Assembly: GCA_014323935.1 (NCBI GenBank)
Contig: JACOND010000001.1
Location: 30,348 to 94,347 of the forward strand
DNA from: Bdellovibrionales bacterium
GTDB taxonomy: Bacteria; Bdellovibrionota; Bdellovibrionia; Bdellovibrionales; UBA1609
Length of the DNA: 64,000 nucleotides
Direction of reading: 5' to 3'
Shown here: piece after piece, positions 45,309 to 54,247 of the stretch
Numbering within the stretch: position 1 is the first letter of the stretch
Layout: each line of letters starts with the position of its first letter
Made by a program: the position numbers and the translations under genes
Notes under the pieces: model-generated
The model's input: only the letters and a program-made list of their open reading frames with translations
Database searches by the model: none
Told to the model about the DNA's origin: nothing

Positions 45309-46199
45309 TTAAAGAAATAAACCTAATATCCACATAAAACAAAAAAAACTATAAGAAAAACTAAGAAAAGCTAAACATTGATTATATTTTTGAGATGTTC
45401 TCTGATACATTTGATAAAGTAAAAAGCAAGAAAAAAAGATTGCACAAAAAGACAAAATTCCCGCTTTAGGATAACTGTTTAACCAGTAAAAACAAAGCAA
45501 ATAAATAAAGGCTTGAAAAACTCCCACAACAAATAAAGAGTTTTCTCTGCCTAAAAGAGTTACAAAATGTTTTCTTCCTCTTTTTTTATCAATTTTTTCA
45601 TCTCTTAAATAGTTAATTAATAAAAAAGAAACACTCCAAAAACCACATTGAATACTTAAATAAATTAAATCCCATGAAAACTTCAATGTCTGTATATAAT
45701 AAACTCCAAAGACAATAAAAAAACCAAAAAAAATAAAACAAAAAATTTCAGCTAATCCCATTTTCACAAGGGAGTATGAGGAACCTGTATAAAAGTAACA
45801 ACTTAAAAGAGACAAAAAACCCATGATAAGAACCAGAATTCCTCCTTTAAAGATTAAAGGAATTGCAAGTAAAACAGCCATGATACAAGCAAAAAAACCC
45901 ATCGCTCGAACTTCAAAAAAGCTTGCTTCTCCTGATCCAACTAAACGTAGAGGTCCTAAACGTTCTTTTTTATTATCAAGACCTTCTTTACCATCTAAAG
46001 CATCGTTAAAAAGATTAACCGCTATTTGAATAAATAAAATAGAAAAGCAAGTTAAAAGAAAGAGAGTCTTATCAAAAACAAAGCTGTGTTTATAGACTAA
46101 AGCCATAGACATAAAAGAAGGGATGAGGCTCATTAACAAAGTCTTAACTCTAGAACCTTTTAAAAAAAGCTTACTGTATTTTTTAAAAAAAGAAAGCAT
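45309..46199 (-). CDS. menA: 1,4-dihydroxy-2-naphthoate polyprenyltransferase (UbiA family)
   Basis: 296 aa, polytopic. It has the first Asp-rich motif NLFNDALDGKEGLD and a second YLRDEKIDKKRG. Confidence 0.85.
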   Translation of the reverse strand: MLSFFKKYSKLFLKGSRVKTLLMSLIPSFMSMALVYKHSFVFDKTLFLLTCFSILFIQIAVNLFNDALDGKEGLDNKKERLGPLRLVGSGEASFFEVRAMGFFACIMAVLLAIPLIFKGGILVLIMGFLSLLSCYFYTGSSYSLVKMGLAEIFCFIFFGFFIVFGVYYIQTLKFSWDLIYLSIQCGFWSVSFLLINYLRDEKIDKKRGRKHFVTLLGRENSLFVVGVFQAFIYLLCFYWLNSYPKAGILSFCAIFFSCFLLYQMYQRTSQKYNQCLAFLSFSYSFFCFMWILGLFL

Positions 46200-46210
46200 A
46201 TAAACTTAAG

Positions 46211-47026
46211 TTAAGGCCATCTAGGAAAAGAAGAGAAGTCAGGTTCTCTTTTTTCTAAAAAAGCTTTTTTTCCTTCTTCTGCCTCTTGAGTTAAATAATA
46301 AAGGAGTGTTGCTTGAGCTGAAAAATCTAATAAACCTATTTGACCATCACAGTCCGCATTGAGAGCCATTTTTAAACAACGAAGAGCTGTTGGAGAATGT
46401 TTTAAAATTTTTTGAGCCCAAATTAAAGTTTCTTTTTCTAAATCTTCTAAAGAAACAACATGATTTACCAAGCCCATTTCTAAAGCTTCCCGAGCTGAAT
46501 ATTGACGGCACAAAAACCACATTTCTCTTGCTTTTTTTTGACCTATAATCCGAGAAAGATAGGAACTCCCTAGTCCTCCATCAAAAGAACCAACTTTAGG
46601 TCCTACTTGAGCAAACCGGGCATTATCAGCACAAATAGTAAGATCACAAACCACATGTAAAACATGTCCCCCTCCCACAGCATAACCTGCTACACTGGCA
46701 ATAACAGGTTTAGGTAAAGAGCGAATTTGTTTGTGAAGATCTAAAATATTTAAACGAGCTAAGGAATCCTTAGAATCCCTATATCCTCCCTTAACTCTAA
46801 CATTTTGATCTCCTCCCGAGCAAAAAGCTTTATCTCCTTTACCCCTTAAAATGACAACAGACACTTTTGTATCATCTCGACATATTTCAAAAGCTTCTTT
46901 CATTTCTTTAACTGTAAGAGGACGAAAAGCATTTCGTAAGTTAGGACGATTTATTGTAATTCGTGCAATCGATTGTTGATATTTTTCAAACTCTATATCT
47001 TTAAATTCTTTAATAGTCTTCCACAT
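46211..47026 (-). CDS. menB: 1,4-dihydroxy-2-naphthoyl-CoA synthase
   Basis: 271 aa of the crotonase fold with MenB blocks [32 protein letters not shown] and GSFDGG. Confidence 0.92.
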   Translation of the reverse strand: MWKTIKEFKDIEFEKYQQSIARITINRPNLRNAFRPLTVKEMKEAFEICRDDTKVSVVILRGKGDKAFCSGGDQNVRVKGGYRDSKDSLARLNILDLHKQIRSLPKPVIASVAGYAVGGGHVLHVVCDLTICADNARFAQVGPKVGSFDGGLGSSYLSRIIGQKKAREMWFLCRQYSAREALEMGLVNHVVSLEDLEKETLIWAQKILKHSPTALRCLKMALNADCDGQIGLLDFSAQATLLYYLTQEAEEGKKAFLEKREPDFSSFPRWP

Positions 47027-47028
47027 CT

Positions 47029-47202
47029 TTACAAGCTCTTTTTAGTTTGTGTTTTGATTTTTTCTTTACCCTCTTCTTCTGAAAAATTCAAAGAAGAAAT
47101 TGAAGGAACTTCTCTGCTAAAAAAATGCTGTTGACTGATATAACTCTCATCAAAAATTTTTTGTAATTCTTCACTGCTAATTTGAGAACGAGGTATTTTC
47201 AT
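47029..47202 (-). CDS. Small hypothetical ORF immediately upstream of menB
   Basis: 57 aa from the ATG at 47202; the ORF-track TTG is at 47211. Its stop lies 2 nt before the menB ATG. I recognise no family, so it may not be expressed. Confidence 0.3.
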   Translation of the reverse strand: MKIPRSQISSEELQKIFDESYISQQHFFSREVPSISSLNFSEEEGKEKIKTQTKKSL

Positions 47203-47210
47203 TTTAAACA

Positions 47211-47303
47211 AATTCCTTTTGCAAAAGCTAATTCAAAACAACATTATAAGCAATATAAATTTTACAAGGACTTAGAAACTGTATCCATTTTGAAAAGGAA
47301 TCC
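47211..47303 (-). promoter_or_regulatory. Long-range inverted repeat in the leader of the small-ORF/menB transcription unit
   Basis: attccttttgcaaaa (47212-47226) pairs with ttttgaaaaggaat (47288-47301), giving 14 bp with one bulged G and a ~61-nt loop. On the mRNA strand the 3' arm contains AAGGAA about 10 nt upstream of the ATG at 47202. Confidence 0.3.
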
Positions 47304-47359
47304 TAAGAAAGAATCTAAAAAACTTAAAAAACTTTTTTTAGAAAAATAAAATCAACTCT

Positions 47360-48100
47360 TTAAACATCATAGTGATACTTTAATAAACTTAAAGCAAATA
47401 AACCAGCAGTTTCTACTTTTAGAATTTGTTCTCCCATAGAAAAAAATTTAGAGGAAGAGCAAGTTTTCTGAAAAGCTTGCAATTCTCTTAAAGAAAAACC
47501 TCCTTCACTCCCTATAAAAATCCAAATCTCATTAGGAAATTCAAATTTTTTTTCAAAAGAAGAACTAAGCTCTTTTAAGTTTTTTTTACTCCCCTCATAA
47601 GCTATAAAAACAACGTGATCAGAGGGTATTTGAATCTGAGATAAAGACACGGGTTTTTGAATTTGTAATGTCTGAGTTCTTCCTGTTAAAGCCAAATGAT
47701 GTTGTATGATTTTATTCCACCTTTTAAAACGAGATTTTTTGAATTCCGATTCTTTTCTAAAAAAACTAAATTCAGAAAAAAAAGGCTGTATTTGCTTAAC
47801 TCCCAATTGAACAGAATATTCAATTAAAGACTCAAAAGTGGTCATACGAGGTAAAGAGACCGCTAGATTTAAATATGGTTTTTTTAAAGGTGGAACAGGA
47901 TAGCTTTTTACAATTTTTGCAAGAGCTTGAGTTTTAGAAAGGGAATCTAAAAAAACTTCATATTTTTGTAAGCCTTCACAAAATAACTCAAAATGTTCTC
48001 CCTTTTGAATTTTACAAACACGGCAGATATGATGATATAAGTCATCTTTAATAAGAAAATAACCTTCCTTCAAACAAGCTCTATCAATCCAAAATCTCAT
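47360..48100 (-). CDS. rsmE: 16S rRNA (uracil1498-N3)-methyltransferase
   Basis: 246 aa with a PUA-like N-terminus (MRFWIDR...HHICRVCKIQKGEHFELF). The SPOUT C-terminus is IFIGSEGGFSLRE...LGEQILKVETA. Confidence 0.85.
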   Translation of the reverse strand: MRFWIDRACLKEGYFLIKDDLYHHICRVCKIQKGEHFELFCEGLQKYEVFLDSLSKTQALAKIVKSYPVPPLKKPYLNLAVSLPRMTTFESLIEYSVQLGVKQIQPFFSEFSFFRKESEFKKSRFKRWNKIIQHHLALTGRTQTLQIQKPVSLSQIQIPSDHVVFIAYEGSKKNLKELSSSFEKKFEFPNEIWIFIGSEGGFSLRELQAFQKTCSSSKFFSMGEQILKVETAGLFALSLLKYHYDV

Positions 48101-48126
48101 AGATACAAGATCTATTAAGATCTATC

Positions 48127-48324
48127 TTACATCAAAGATGCTTTTGGTAAAACAATAGACTCCACTGCTTTTTGAGTAGCAGATATTTCTGGTCTTTGAA
48201 CTTTTCGATCTTTAGGAGCAGAAATTCCTACACGAACTTGTCTCCCTTGAACTCTAACAATACTGATATGGATATCACCATCTATTGTTATACTTTCTCC
48301 AACTTTTCTTGTTAAAACCAACAT
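48127..48324 (-). CDS. csrA: Carbon storage regulator CsrA
   Basis: 65 aa: [18 protein letters not shown]...[19 protein letters not shown] strong SD AAGGAGGA lies 4 nt upstream. Confidence 0.95.
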   Translation of the reverse strand: MLVLTRKVGESITIDGDIHISIVRVQGRQVRVGISAPKDRKVQRPEISATQKAVESIVLPKASLM

Positions 48325-48677
48325 GAATCCTCCTTGATTGATTCTTTAGTTTACAAAAAACATATTCTCTGGATCTGGGCATCACAAAGGAATAGCAACT
48401 TAAAGTAACACTATTTATTTCTATGTCAACTTTTTTATTTAAAATAAGTAAATTTAATAAATATCTAAGAAAAGTCACTTCGAATTCGTAATAATTTAAT
48501 TTTATTTCATTTTTTCAAATGTTTTTTCCCTTCCCTAATAAAATCAATCCTGTTCTTAAATTTTTTTTAAAACGAAATTTGTAATGATATACAAATCAGC
48601 TAAATTTAGGAAAAACCCTTTTTAGAGCTTTGTGTCATTTTTTGACCTAATAATTATTTTTTCTAATACTTAAACCT

Positions 48678-49562
48678 ATGCTTTCGATACTACGTATCTT
48701 TTTTCTGACTTGTTTTATTTTCTTTTTACAAAAAGGTTTTACTAAAAAATTGCCTCCTTCTCCGCAAAAAAAAAAGATTCAAAATTTTCCTAAAATCTAT
48801 AATCCTGAAGTTCAAAGATGGATCTCTTTTTTCAGTAAAAATCCAAATTCTTATTTAAAACCTTGGCTTAAAAAGTCTTACCGTTATTTTCCTATGATGG
48901 AAAAAATTTTCTTGTCCAAAAACTTACCTAAAGAACTGGTCGCAATGAGTGCTATAGAAAGTTCTTTTTCTGCCCATGCTGTAAGTCGTGCAAATGCAGT
49001 CGGTTATTGGCAGTTTATTCAAAGTACTGGTTTGCAGTTTGGATTGAGAATCACCCCTTGGATTGATGAAAGAAGAGATTTTGAAAAAAGCACAAAGGCC
49101 GCAGCTTCTTATTTATATAAACTTTATATTGATTTTGAAAACTGGTTATTAGCTATGTCAGCCTATAATATGGGAGAGAAAAGATTAAATTCTTTAATCA
49201 AAAAATATAAAGATAATAACTTTTGGACACTCAGAAAAAAACCAGACTTCCCTAAAGAAACAGCTCTTTATATACCTAAGATTTTAGCTGTTGTTCACCT
49301 TTTAAAATATCCTGCAGATTATGGATTTAAGGAATTTGTCATTTTAACTCCTTATCAATATGATATTTTTTTTATTCCGGGAGGAACTCATTTAAAAGAA
49401 ATCTCCACAAATACAAAAATTGCTTTTGCAGATCTCAAAAAGCTCAATCCTGATTTAAAGACTCACCTTATTCCAAAATACATTTCTGAACACCCTATTC
49501 GCATACCTAAAGGAAAAGGATTGCTTATATCTCACTGGCTAGACAAAAAAGAAAAAAAATAG
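48678..49562 (+). CDS. Lytic transglycosylase (SLT domain, MltD-like, no LysM repeats)
   Basis: It has a signal peptide and the SLT catalytic block AMSAIESSFSAHAVSRANAVGYWQF...AYNMGE. It is a paralogue of the N-terminal half of 61409-62830. Confidence 0.8.
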   Translation: MLSILRIFFLTCFIFFLQKGFTKKLPPSPQKKKIQNFPKIYNPEVQRWISFFSKNPNSYLKPWLKKSYRYFPMMEKIFLSKNLPKELVAMSAIESSFSAHAVSRANAVGYWQFIQSTGLQFGLRITPWIDERRDFEKSTKAAASYLYKLYIDFENWLLAMSAYNMGEKRLNSLIKKYKDNNFWTLRKKPDFPKETALYIPKILAVVHLLKYPADYGFKEFVILTPYQYDIFFIPGGTHLKEISTNTKIAFADLKKLNPDLKTHLIPKYISEHPIRIPKGKGLLISHWLDKKEKK

Positions 49563-49576
49563 TAATCTTTTTATAA

Positions 49577-51232
49577 ATGTCTTATCAAGTTCTAGCTAGA
49601 AAATGGAGACCTCAAAATTTTGAAGAACTTATAGGTCAAAATTCGGCGAGTCAAACTCTAAAAAATGCTTTAAAAACAAATCGCCTCTATCCCGTACTCC
49701 TTTTCACAGGACCTAGAGGAACAGGAAAAACTTCAACTGCACGGATTGTAGCTAAGAGTCTCAGATGTCCTTACAAAAAGGAAGATTTACTCCCCTGTCA
49801 AAAATGTGATGATTGTATTTTTATTTCTAACAGTCGACATCTAGATGTCATAGAAATTGATGGAGCTAGTAATAATGGAGTAGATGCCATTCGTGATCTA
49901 AGAGATAAGATTTCTTATATGCCTAGTACAGGATATTGGAAAATTTATATTATTGACGAAGTTCATATGCTCTCTCAGAGTGCTTTTAATGCTCTATTAA
50001 AAACTTTAGAAGAGCCTCCAAAACATGTCGTGTTTATTATGGCAACAACAGAAAGCCATAAAATCCCAGTTACTGTTTTGTCCCGTTGCCAAAAGATTGA
50101 TTTTCATTTACTTTCCACTCCTATTATAAAAGAGCATTTAAAAAAAATTTGTGAGAAAGAAGATTTTTTCTTATCTGAAAATATTCTATGGACCATAGCT
50201 AAACAGGCTCAAGGTTCCTTAAGAGATGCTCAAAGTTTATTAGATCAAATTGTCACCTTTTGCGGGAAAGATTCAAAAGAAAGCGAAGTCATGAAGCTTT
50301 TAGGCTTAAGCGACCCTCAAATTTTAGAAGATTGCCTCAAAGCTCTTATAAATCAAGAAGAGGAAAAAATAATTTCCTTAATTTCTGACTTAAGAAGCAA
50401 AAATTTTTCTCCTAAAATCTTTTTACAACAGCTTATTGAAAACTTTAGTCAACTTTTATTTTTAAAAAAAAATCCAACAAATAAACCTCCTCTCGTCCAT
50501 GGTTGGCAAGAAGAAATTGATAGAAAGAAAAATCTTATTTCCTCTTTTTCCTATGAACAACTTCACTTTCTTTTTGATATGCTTTTAAAAGGAGAACGAG
50601 AAATGAATCTCTGTTATGACAGCGAACTTGTTCTAGAAGTTCTCTTATTAAGAATGTGTTCTGCTCCTCAAATTGAATCTTTAGTTCCTTTCCCTTTTGT
50701 AAAGCCAAATTTAAATTCCTTAGAAAAAAATTCAAATTTGAATCCAAAAAAAGAAGATTCTACTGTCTCCAAACAAAAAAACAAGTCTTCAGACAAAACT
50801 AAGGAACCTACAAAACTAAAACTTAAACCTTTCGACCGTAGATTTGATTTTCTAGATTATCTGAAAAAGAAAGACTCTCTTTTAAGTTCTCATATAGAAA
50901 ACCTTTCCATAAAGAAAAAAACAGATTTTGTGTTTGTTCTTTTAATTCCAGAGAATTTTCCTTATTTAAAAAAAAAATTAGAAGATCCTTTATTTCAAAA
51001 AAAACTAGAACAAGAATTTAATAACTTCTTAAAGCCTTCTCAGAAAGCCCATCTAGAGTATCATTTTAAATATCCTCTTGAAAAGACTCTTCAACAAGAA
51101 AAAGAACAAAAAAATAAAGAAGAGCTTTTCAAAGAAGCTCAAAAAGATCCTCTCGTTCAACAAACTCAAAATATATTTAATGCAACAATTAAATCAACTA
51201 AAAAGATTGACAAAGAAAACAAAGACTTCTGA
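49577..51232 (+). CDS. dnaX: DNA polymerase III subunit gamma/tau
   Basis: 551 aa with Walker A GPRGTGKTS, a Zn-module CPYKKEDLLPCQKCDDC, Walker B IIDEVHML and SRC. The C-terminus is low-complexity and Lys-rich. Confidence 0.92.
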   Translation: MSYQVLARKWRPQNFEELIGQNSASQTLKNALKTNRLYPVLLFTGPRGTGKTSTARIVAKSLRCPYKKEDLLPCQKCDDCIFISNSRHLDVIEIDGASNNGVDAIRDLRDKISYMPSTGYWKIYIIDEVHMLSQSAFNALLKTLEEPPKHVVFIMATTESHKIPVTVLSRCQKIDFHLLSTPIIKEHLKKICEKEDFFLSENILWTIAKQAQGSLRDAQSLLDQIVTFCGKDSKESEVMKLLGLSDPQILEDCLKALINQEEEKIISLISDLRSKNFSPKIFLQQLIENFSQLLFLKKNPTNKPPLVHGWQEEIDRKKNLISSFSYEQLHFLFDMLLKGEREMNLCYDSELVLEVLLLRMCSAPQIESLVPFPFVKPNLNSLEKNSNLNPKKEDSTVSKQKNKSSDKTKEPTKLKLKPFDRRFDFLDYLKKKDSLLSSHIENLSIKKKTDFVFVLLIPENFPYLKKKLEDPLFQKKLEQEFNNFLKPSQKAHLEYHFKYPLEKTLQQEKEQKNKEELFKEAQKDPLVQQTQNIFNATIKSTKKIDKENKDF

Positions 51233-51243
51233 AATAAAAGCTT

Positions 51244-51840
51244 ATGAAACTCCCTCATCTTCAATCTCTCCTTTTTGAACTTAAAAAAATACCAAGTGTC
51301 GGGCCTCGTAGTGCAGAGAGAATGGTTCAATATTTTTTAAAAACAAAAAATTCAGATCTACAACAGCTTTCTAAATTACTGACAGAATTAAAACATAAAA
51401 TTAAAACCTGCTCCCAGTGTTTTGTCTTCACTCAAGAAGAAGATCTATGTTCTTTTTGTAAAGATAATTCTAGAAAGTCGGAAATTCTTTGCGTTGTAGA
51501 ACAAGCTTTTGATGTCTTCAGAATGGAAAGTTGCGGGAGCTTTAAAGGATCTTATCATGTTCTCCATGGAGTTTTATCTCCTTTAAACAATATTCACCCT
51601 GAAAATCTAACCCTTCAACAACTTCAAAAACGAGTTGTTGAAAAGGAAATAAAAGAACTTATTCTAGCCTTTGATTCAGACCTAGAAGGAGATACAACAG
51701 CTCTTTATATTAAAGAAATCTTTAAAAATTCAAATGTAAAAATTTCTCGTCCCGCTTTAGGAATACCTTTAGGAAGTGATCTTTCTTTTGTCGATGATAA
51801 AACCCTTAAACAAGCAATTGAAAATAGAAATTACCTTTAA
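51244..51840 (+). CDS. recR: Recombination protein RecR
   Basis: 198 aa with HhH LKKIPSVGPRSAERM, Cys4 CSQC...CSFC, and a Toprim region. Confidence 0.92.
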   Translation: MKLPHLQSLLFELKKIPSVGPRSAERMVQYFLKTKNSDLQQLSKLLTELKHKIKTCSQCFVFTQEEDLCSFCKDNSRKSEILCVVEQAFDVFRMESCGSFKGSYHVLHGVLSPLNNIHPENLTLQQLQKRVVEKEIKELILAFDSDLEGDTTALYIKEIFKNSNVKISRPALGIPLGSDLSFVDDKTLKQAIENRNYL

Positions 51841-52413
51841 ATGTCAATTGTAAATGTAAATGCTAAAGAACTTCATCTTAAAATAAGCTATTTTGGAGCT
51901 AAAGGAGTTGGAAAAAAAAGTTCTTTGAAATCTATTCTTGATTTTTGTATTCCACAAAAAATCACTTGGATGTGCTTACCTTTTAAAGAACCTATTTATG
52001 GAATCATTATTCATTTAGGACAAATTTTAAATCTACAAACCTATTTCCATATTTATCACATCAATAATGAATCCAAAGAAGATAATAAAATTTTAATTAA
52101 AGGAAGTGATGGTTATATCTTTGTTGCAAGTTTAGATTTAAAAGATAAAGATAAAAACCATGAAGCCTTTTTAGAAATGGAACAACTGCTTTTAGAGCAA
52201 GGACAAAATCTTTTAAAAACTCCTTTAGTTTTACAGTACCATAAAAAAGATTTAAAAAAAAAAATGAGCTTAAACCAAATGAGAATGGATTTTAACAAGT
52301 ATAACTTTAAAGATTTTCAAACCTCACACTTAAAAAATTCTTCTGTAATAAAACCTTTAAAATGTATTTTAAAATTAACTCTTTCTCAAATCACACAAAA
52401 AACCCATTTTTAA
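51841..52413 (+). CDS. MglA-like Ras-superfamily protein with degenerate nucleotide-binding motifs
   Basis: 190 aa. The N-terminus MSIVNVNAKELHLKISYFGAKGVGKKSSLKSI is colinear with M. xanthus MglA, which I recall as [32 protein letters not shown]. G1 Thr is replaced by Lys, G3 PGQ by NNE, and G4 NKRD by HKKD. Its ATG directly follows the recR TAA. Confidence 0.55.
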   Translation: MSIVNVNAKELHLKISYFGAKGVGKKSSLKSILDFCIPQKITWMCLPFKEPIYGIIIHLGQILNLQTYFHIYHINNESKEDNKILIKGSDGYIFVASLDLKDKDKNHEAFLEMEQLLLEQGQNLLKTPLVLQYHKKDLKKKMSLNQMRMDFNKYNFKDFQTSHLKNSSVIKPLKCILKLTLSQITQKTHF

Positions 52414-52739
52414 TTGAGAAGTTCTCCTAAACACTCTCTATAATAAAAAGGTGTCTCTGACATAAAACGAATCTTTACTTCAAGAAAATACTTGTCTATA
52501 TCCTGAATAAAATCAATTTCCCCAAAAAAAGGAATCTCATATTGAGATAAAAAAAGTTCTACAGGAAGATTCAAAAAGTTTTGTGTTTCTCTTTGAGAAA
52601 AATCAAAGGAAGTTTTTTTGATTCTAAAAGTGAGTCCTGTTTTATTTGCTAAAACTAACTCACTACAACGAAATAAGATTTTTCTTGTATTTAAAATTAT
52701 AATATCTGTTAAAACTTTATTTTCTTTTTTATTTCTCAT
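52410..52739 (-). CDS. Hypothetical small protein
   Basis: 109 aa and convergent with the MglA-like gene, with a 4-nt overlap of their 3' ends. It is beta-rich by eye. It has no canonical PilZ RxxxR or DxSxxG motifs. Confidence 0.35.
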   Translation of the reverse strand: MRNKKENKVLTDIIILNTRKILFRCSELVLANKTGLTFRIKKTSFDFSQRETQNFLNLPVELFLSQYEIPFFGEIDFIQDIDKYFLEVKIRFMSETPFYYRECLGELLN

Positions 52740-53032
52740 AATACTCCACTAAGTTTAATATCTATAACCCATTGATCGGTAAGCTAAGCAAAGTATTAAG
52801 CTTTTTTTAATATCTGTCTCAAATTAAAACATTTTTTTTTTAAATTGACCACACAGTAAACAATCCTTGTAAAATAATAAAACAATAAAAATAACTATTT
52901 AAATTACTAAGAAATTTTCTTTATGAAACGAAGCTTTAAAAAAATTGGATTGTTTCTTATCACAGTTTTTTTTGAAATCTTTTTGATTTTGTAAGAATTC
53001 TTTTATATATCTTAAGATATTTTCTTGGCTTT

Positions 53033-53554
53033 TTACTCTGGTCTAACTTCAACTTTAGCTTGATACTTTAATTTACGAAGATTAAATTTTTGATCTTTTT
53101 TATTATAAACAAGAAGATGAAAATGAGGTTTAAAAAAAGAATCAAAAGTTGTTGCTCCTATATCTAAAGTTCCATCTCCATCATAATCGAAAACAGATAA
53201 AGAAAATCTCTCTTCCCAATAATCAAAATAAGCTTCTCTATTTCCTGTGAGTTCTAAAACTTGAACCTCTTGATAGGATTGATTTGATTGTTCTGATAAA
53301 ATTTCTAAGTAGATTTTATCCTTCTTTTTTAACTTGATGATTCGAAACTTAGAGCCACTTTCCTCAAATTCCACCCGGCTCAATTTTTTTATATATTGTT
53401 TTCTGAAAAGATTAAAAAAGACTTTCTTTTCTTTTTCAAAAAAGATATACGATAAAATAAACAAGAAAAGAAAAAAAAATAAAAAAACAACTTTCCAAGA
53501 GAATAAAAAAATAGCTTTTTTTTTTAAAAAATCTGAAATTTTATTTTTAATCAT
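53033..53554 (-). CDS. Hypothetical membrane-anchored protein with an FG-GAP/VCBS-like DxDxDG motif
   Basis: 173 aa with an N-terminal TM segment (IFLFSWKVVFLFFFLFLFILSYIF). The motif is FDYDGDGTLDIG. Confidence 0.4.
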   Translation of the reverse strand: MIKNKISDFLKKKAIFLFSWKVVFLFFFLFLFILSYIFFEKEKKVFFNLFRKQYIKKLSRVEFEESGSKFRIIKLKKKDKIYLEILSEQSNQSYQEVQVLELTGNREAYFDYWEERFSLSVFDYDGDGTLDIGATTFDSFFKPHFHLLVYNKKDQKFNLRKLKYQAKVEVRPE

Positions 53555-53671
53555 TCTCTTTAGCTAATCGGTAAATAAATCCTTATCTTAAATTTTATTT
53601 TTAAATCTTTTTGATTTTTTGAATATTTTGTTTTAAATAAATTTTCTATAATAATTTTTCTAACAAGTAAA

Positions 53672-54145
53672 ATGAAAAAACAGATTGTCTTATCTATAGC
53701 TCTTGCTTGTTCTATTTACGGGATTTATAAATTTTTCGAAAGCCCTGAAAAATTTATCCTTAAAAAAACAAAGAAAATCATAAAATTAAGCTCTCTTAAC
53801 AAAGAAAAAAATAAAATCGCTTTGATCTCAAAAATAACAAAATACATTAAATACGATGCAAAATTTACAGCAAATTATGAAGGTCAGATTTACCAAGCTC
53901 AATCTCTCAATCAAATTCGCTCTTTGATCATGTGGTATTTAAAAGAAGGTTCAACAGTTGTTTTGAATTATGAAAAACTTCAAGCTCACTTTTTAGATTC
54001 TAAGAAAATTCAAGCTTTTTTTCTTATTATTTTTCGAAAAAATAAGAAGGTTTTTAGCTGTGAGGTCAGTTTAGACTGGTTGAAAAAAGAAAAATGGCTA
54101 ATAAAAAAGGTAGAAATTAAAAATTGTAGAGTAAAAAAACAATAA
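53672..54145 (+). CDS. Hypothetical exported or membrane-anchored protein
   Basis: 157 aa with an N-terminal hydrophobic segment (IVLSIALACSIYGIY). I recognise no family. Confidence 0.4.
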   Translation: MKKQIVLSIALACSIYGIYKFFESPEKFILKKTKKIIKLSSLNKEKNKIALISKITKYIKYDAKFTANYEGQIYQAQSLNQIRSLIMWYLKEGSTVVLNYEKLQAHFLDSKKIQAFFLIIFRKNKKVFSCEVSLDWLKKEKWLIKKVEIKNCRVKKQ

Positions 54146-54247
54146 CTCCTATGAAAGAAAGAATAAAAAAAGTTTGATTTTTCATAAATAAAAAACAAGT
54201 TGTTTTTTATAAAATATAACTTTATCTTTTAAAAAAAGAGTTACTTT

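Noticed and set aside
50464-50484. Possible programmed -1 frameshift in dnaX at a run of nine A (TTA AAA AAA AAT), giving a gamma-like product that stops after 4 codons
   Set aside because: The truncated product would end near residue 300, inside clamp-loader domain III. Long A-runs are ubiquitous in this genome, and I see no downstream stimulatory hairpin. It cannot be excluded without proteomics.
52923-52994. 23-codon hydrophobic micro-ORF (MKRSFKKIGLFLITVFFEIFLIL) in the 293-bp spacer, a possible small membrane peptide or type I toxin
   Set aside because: It has no SD and no recognisable antisense RNA partner. Such ORFs arise easily in T-rich DNA. It is worth a look only if Ribo-seq data exist.
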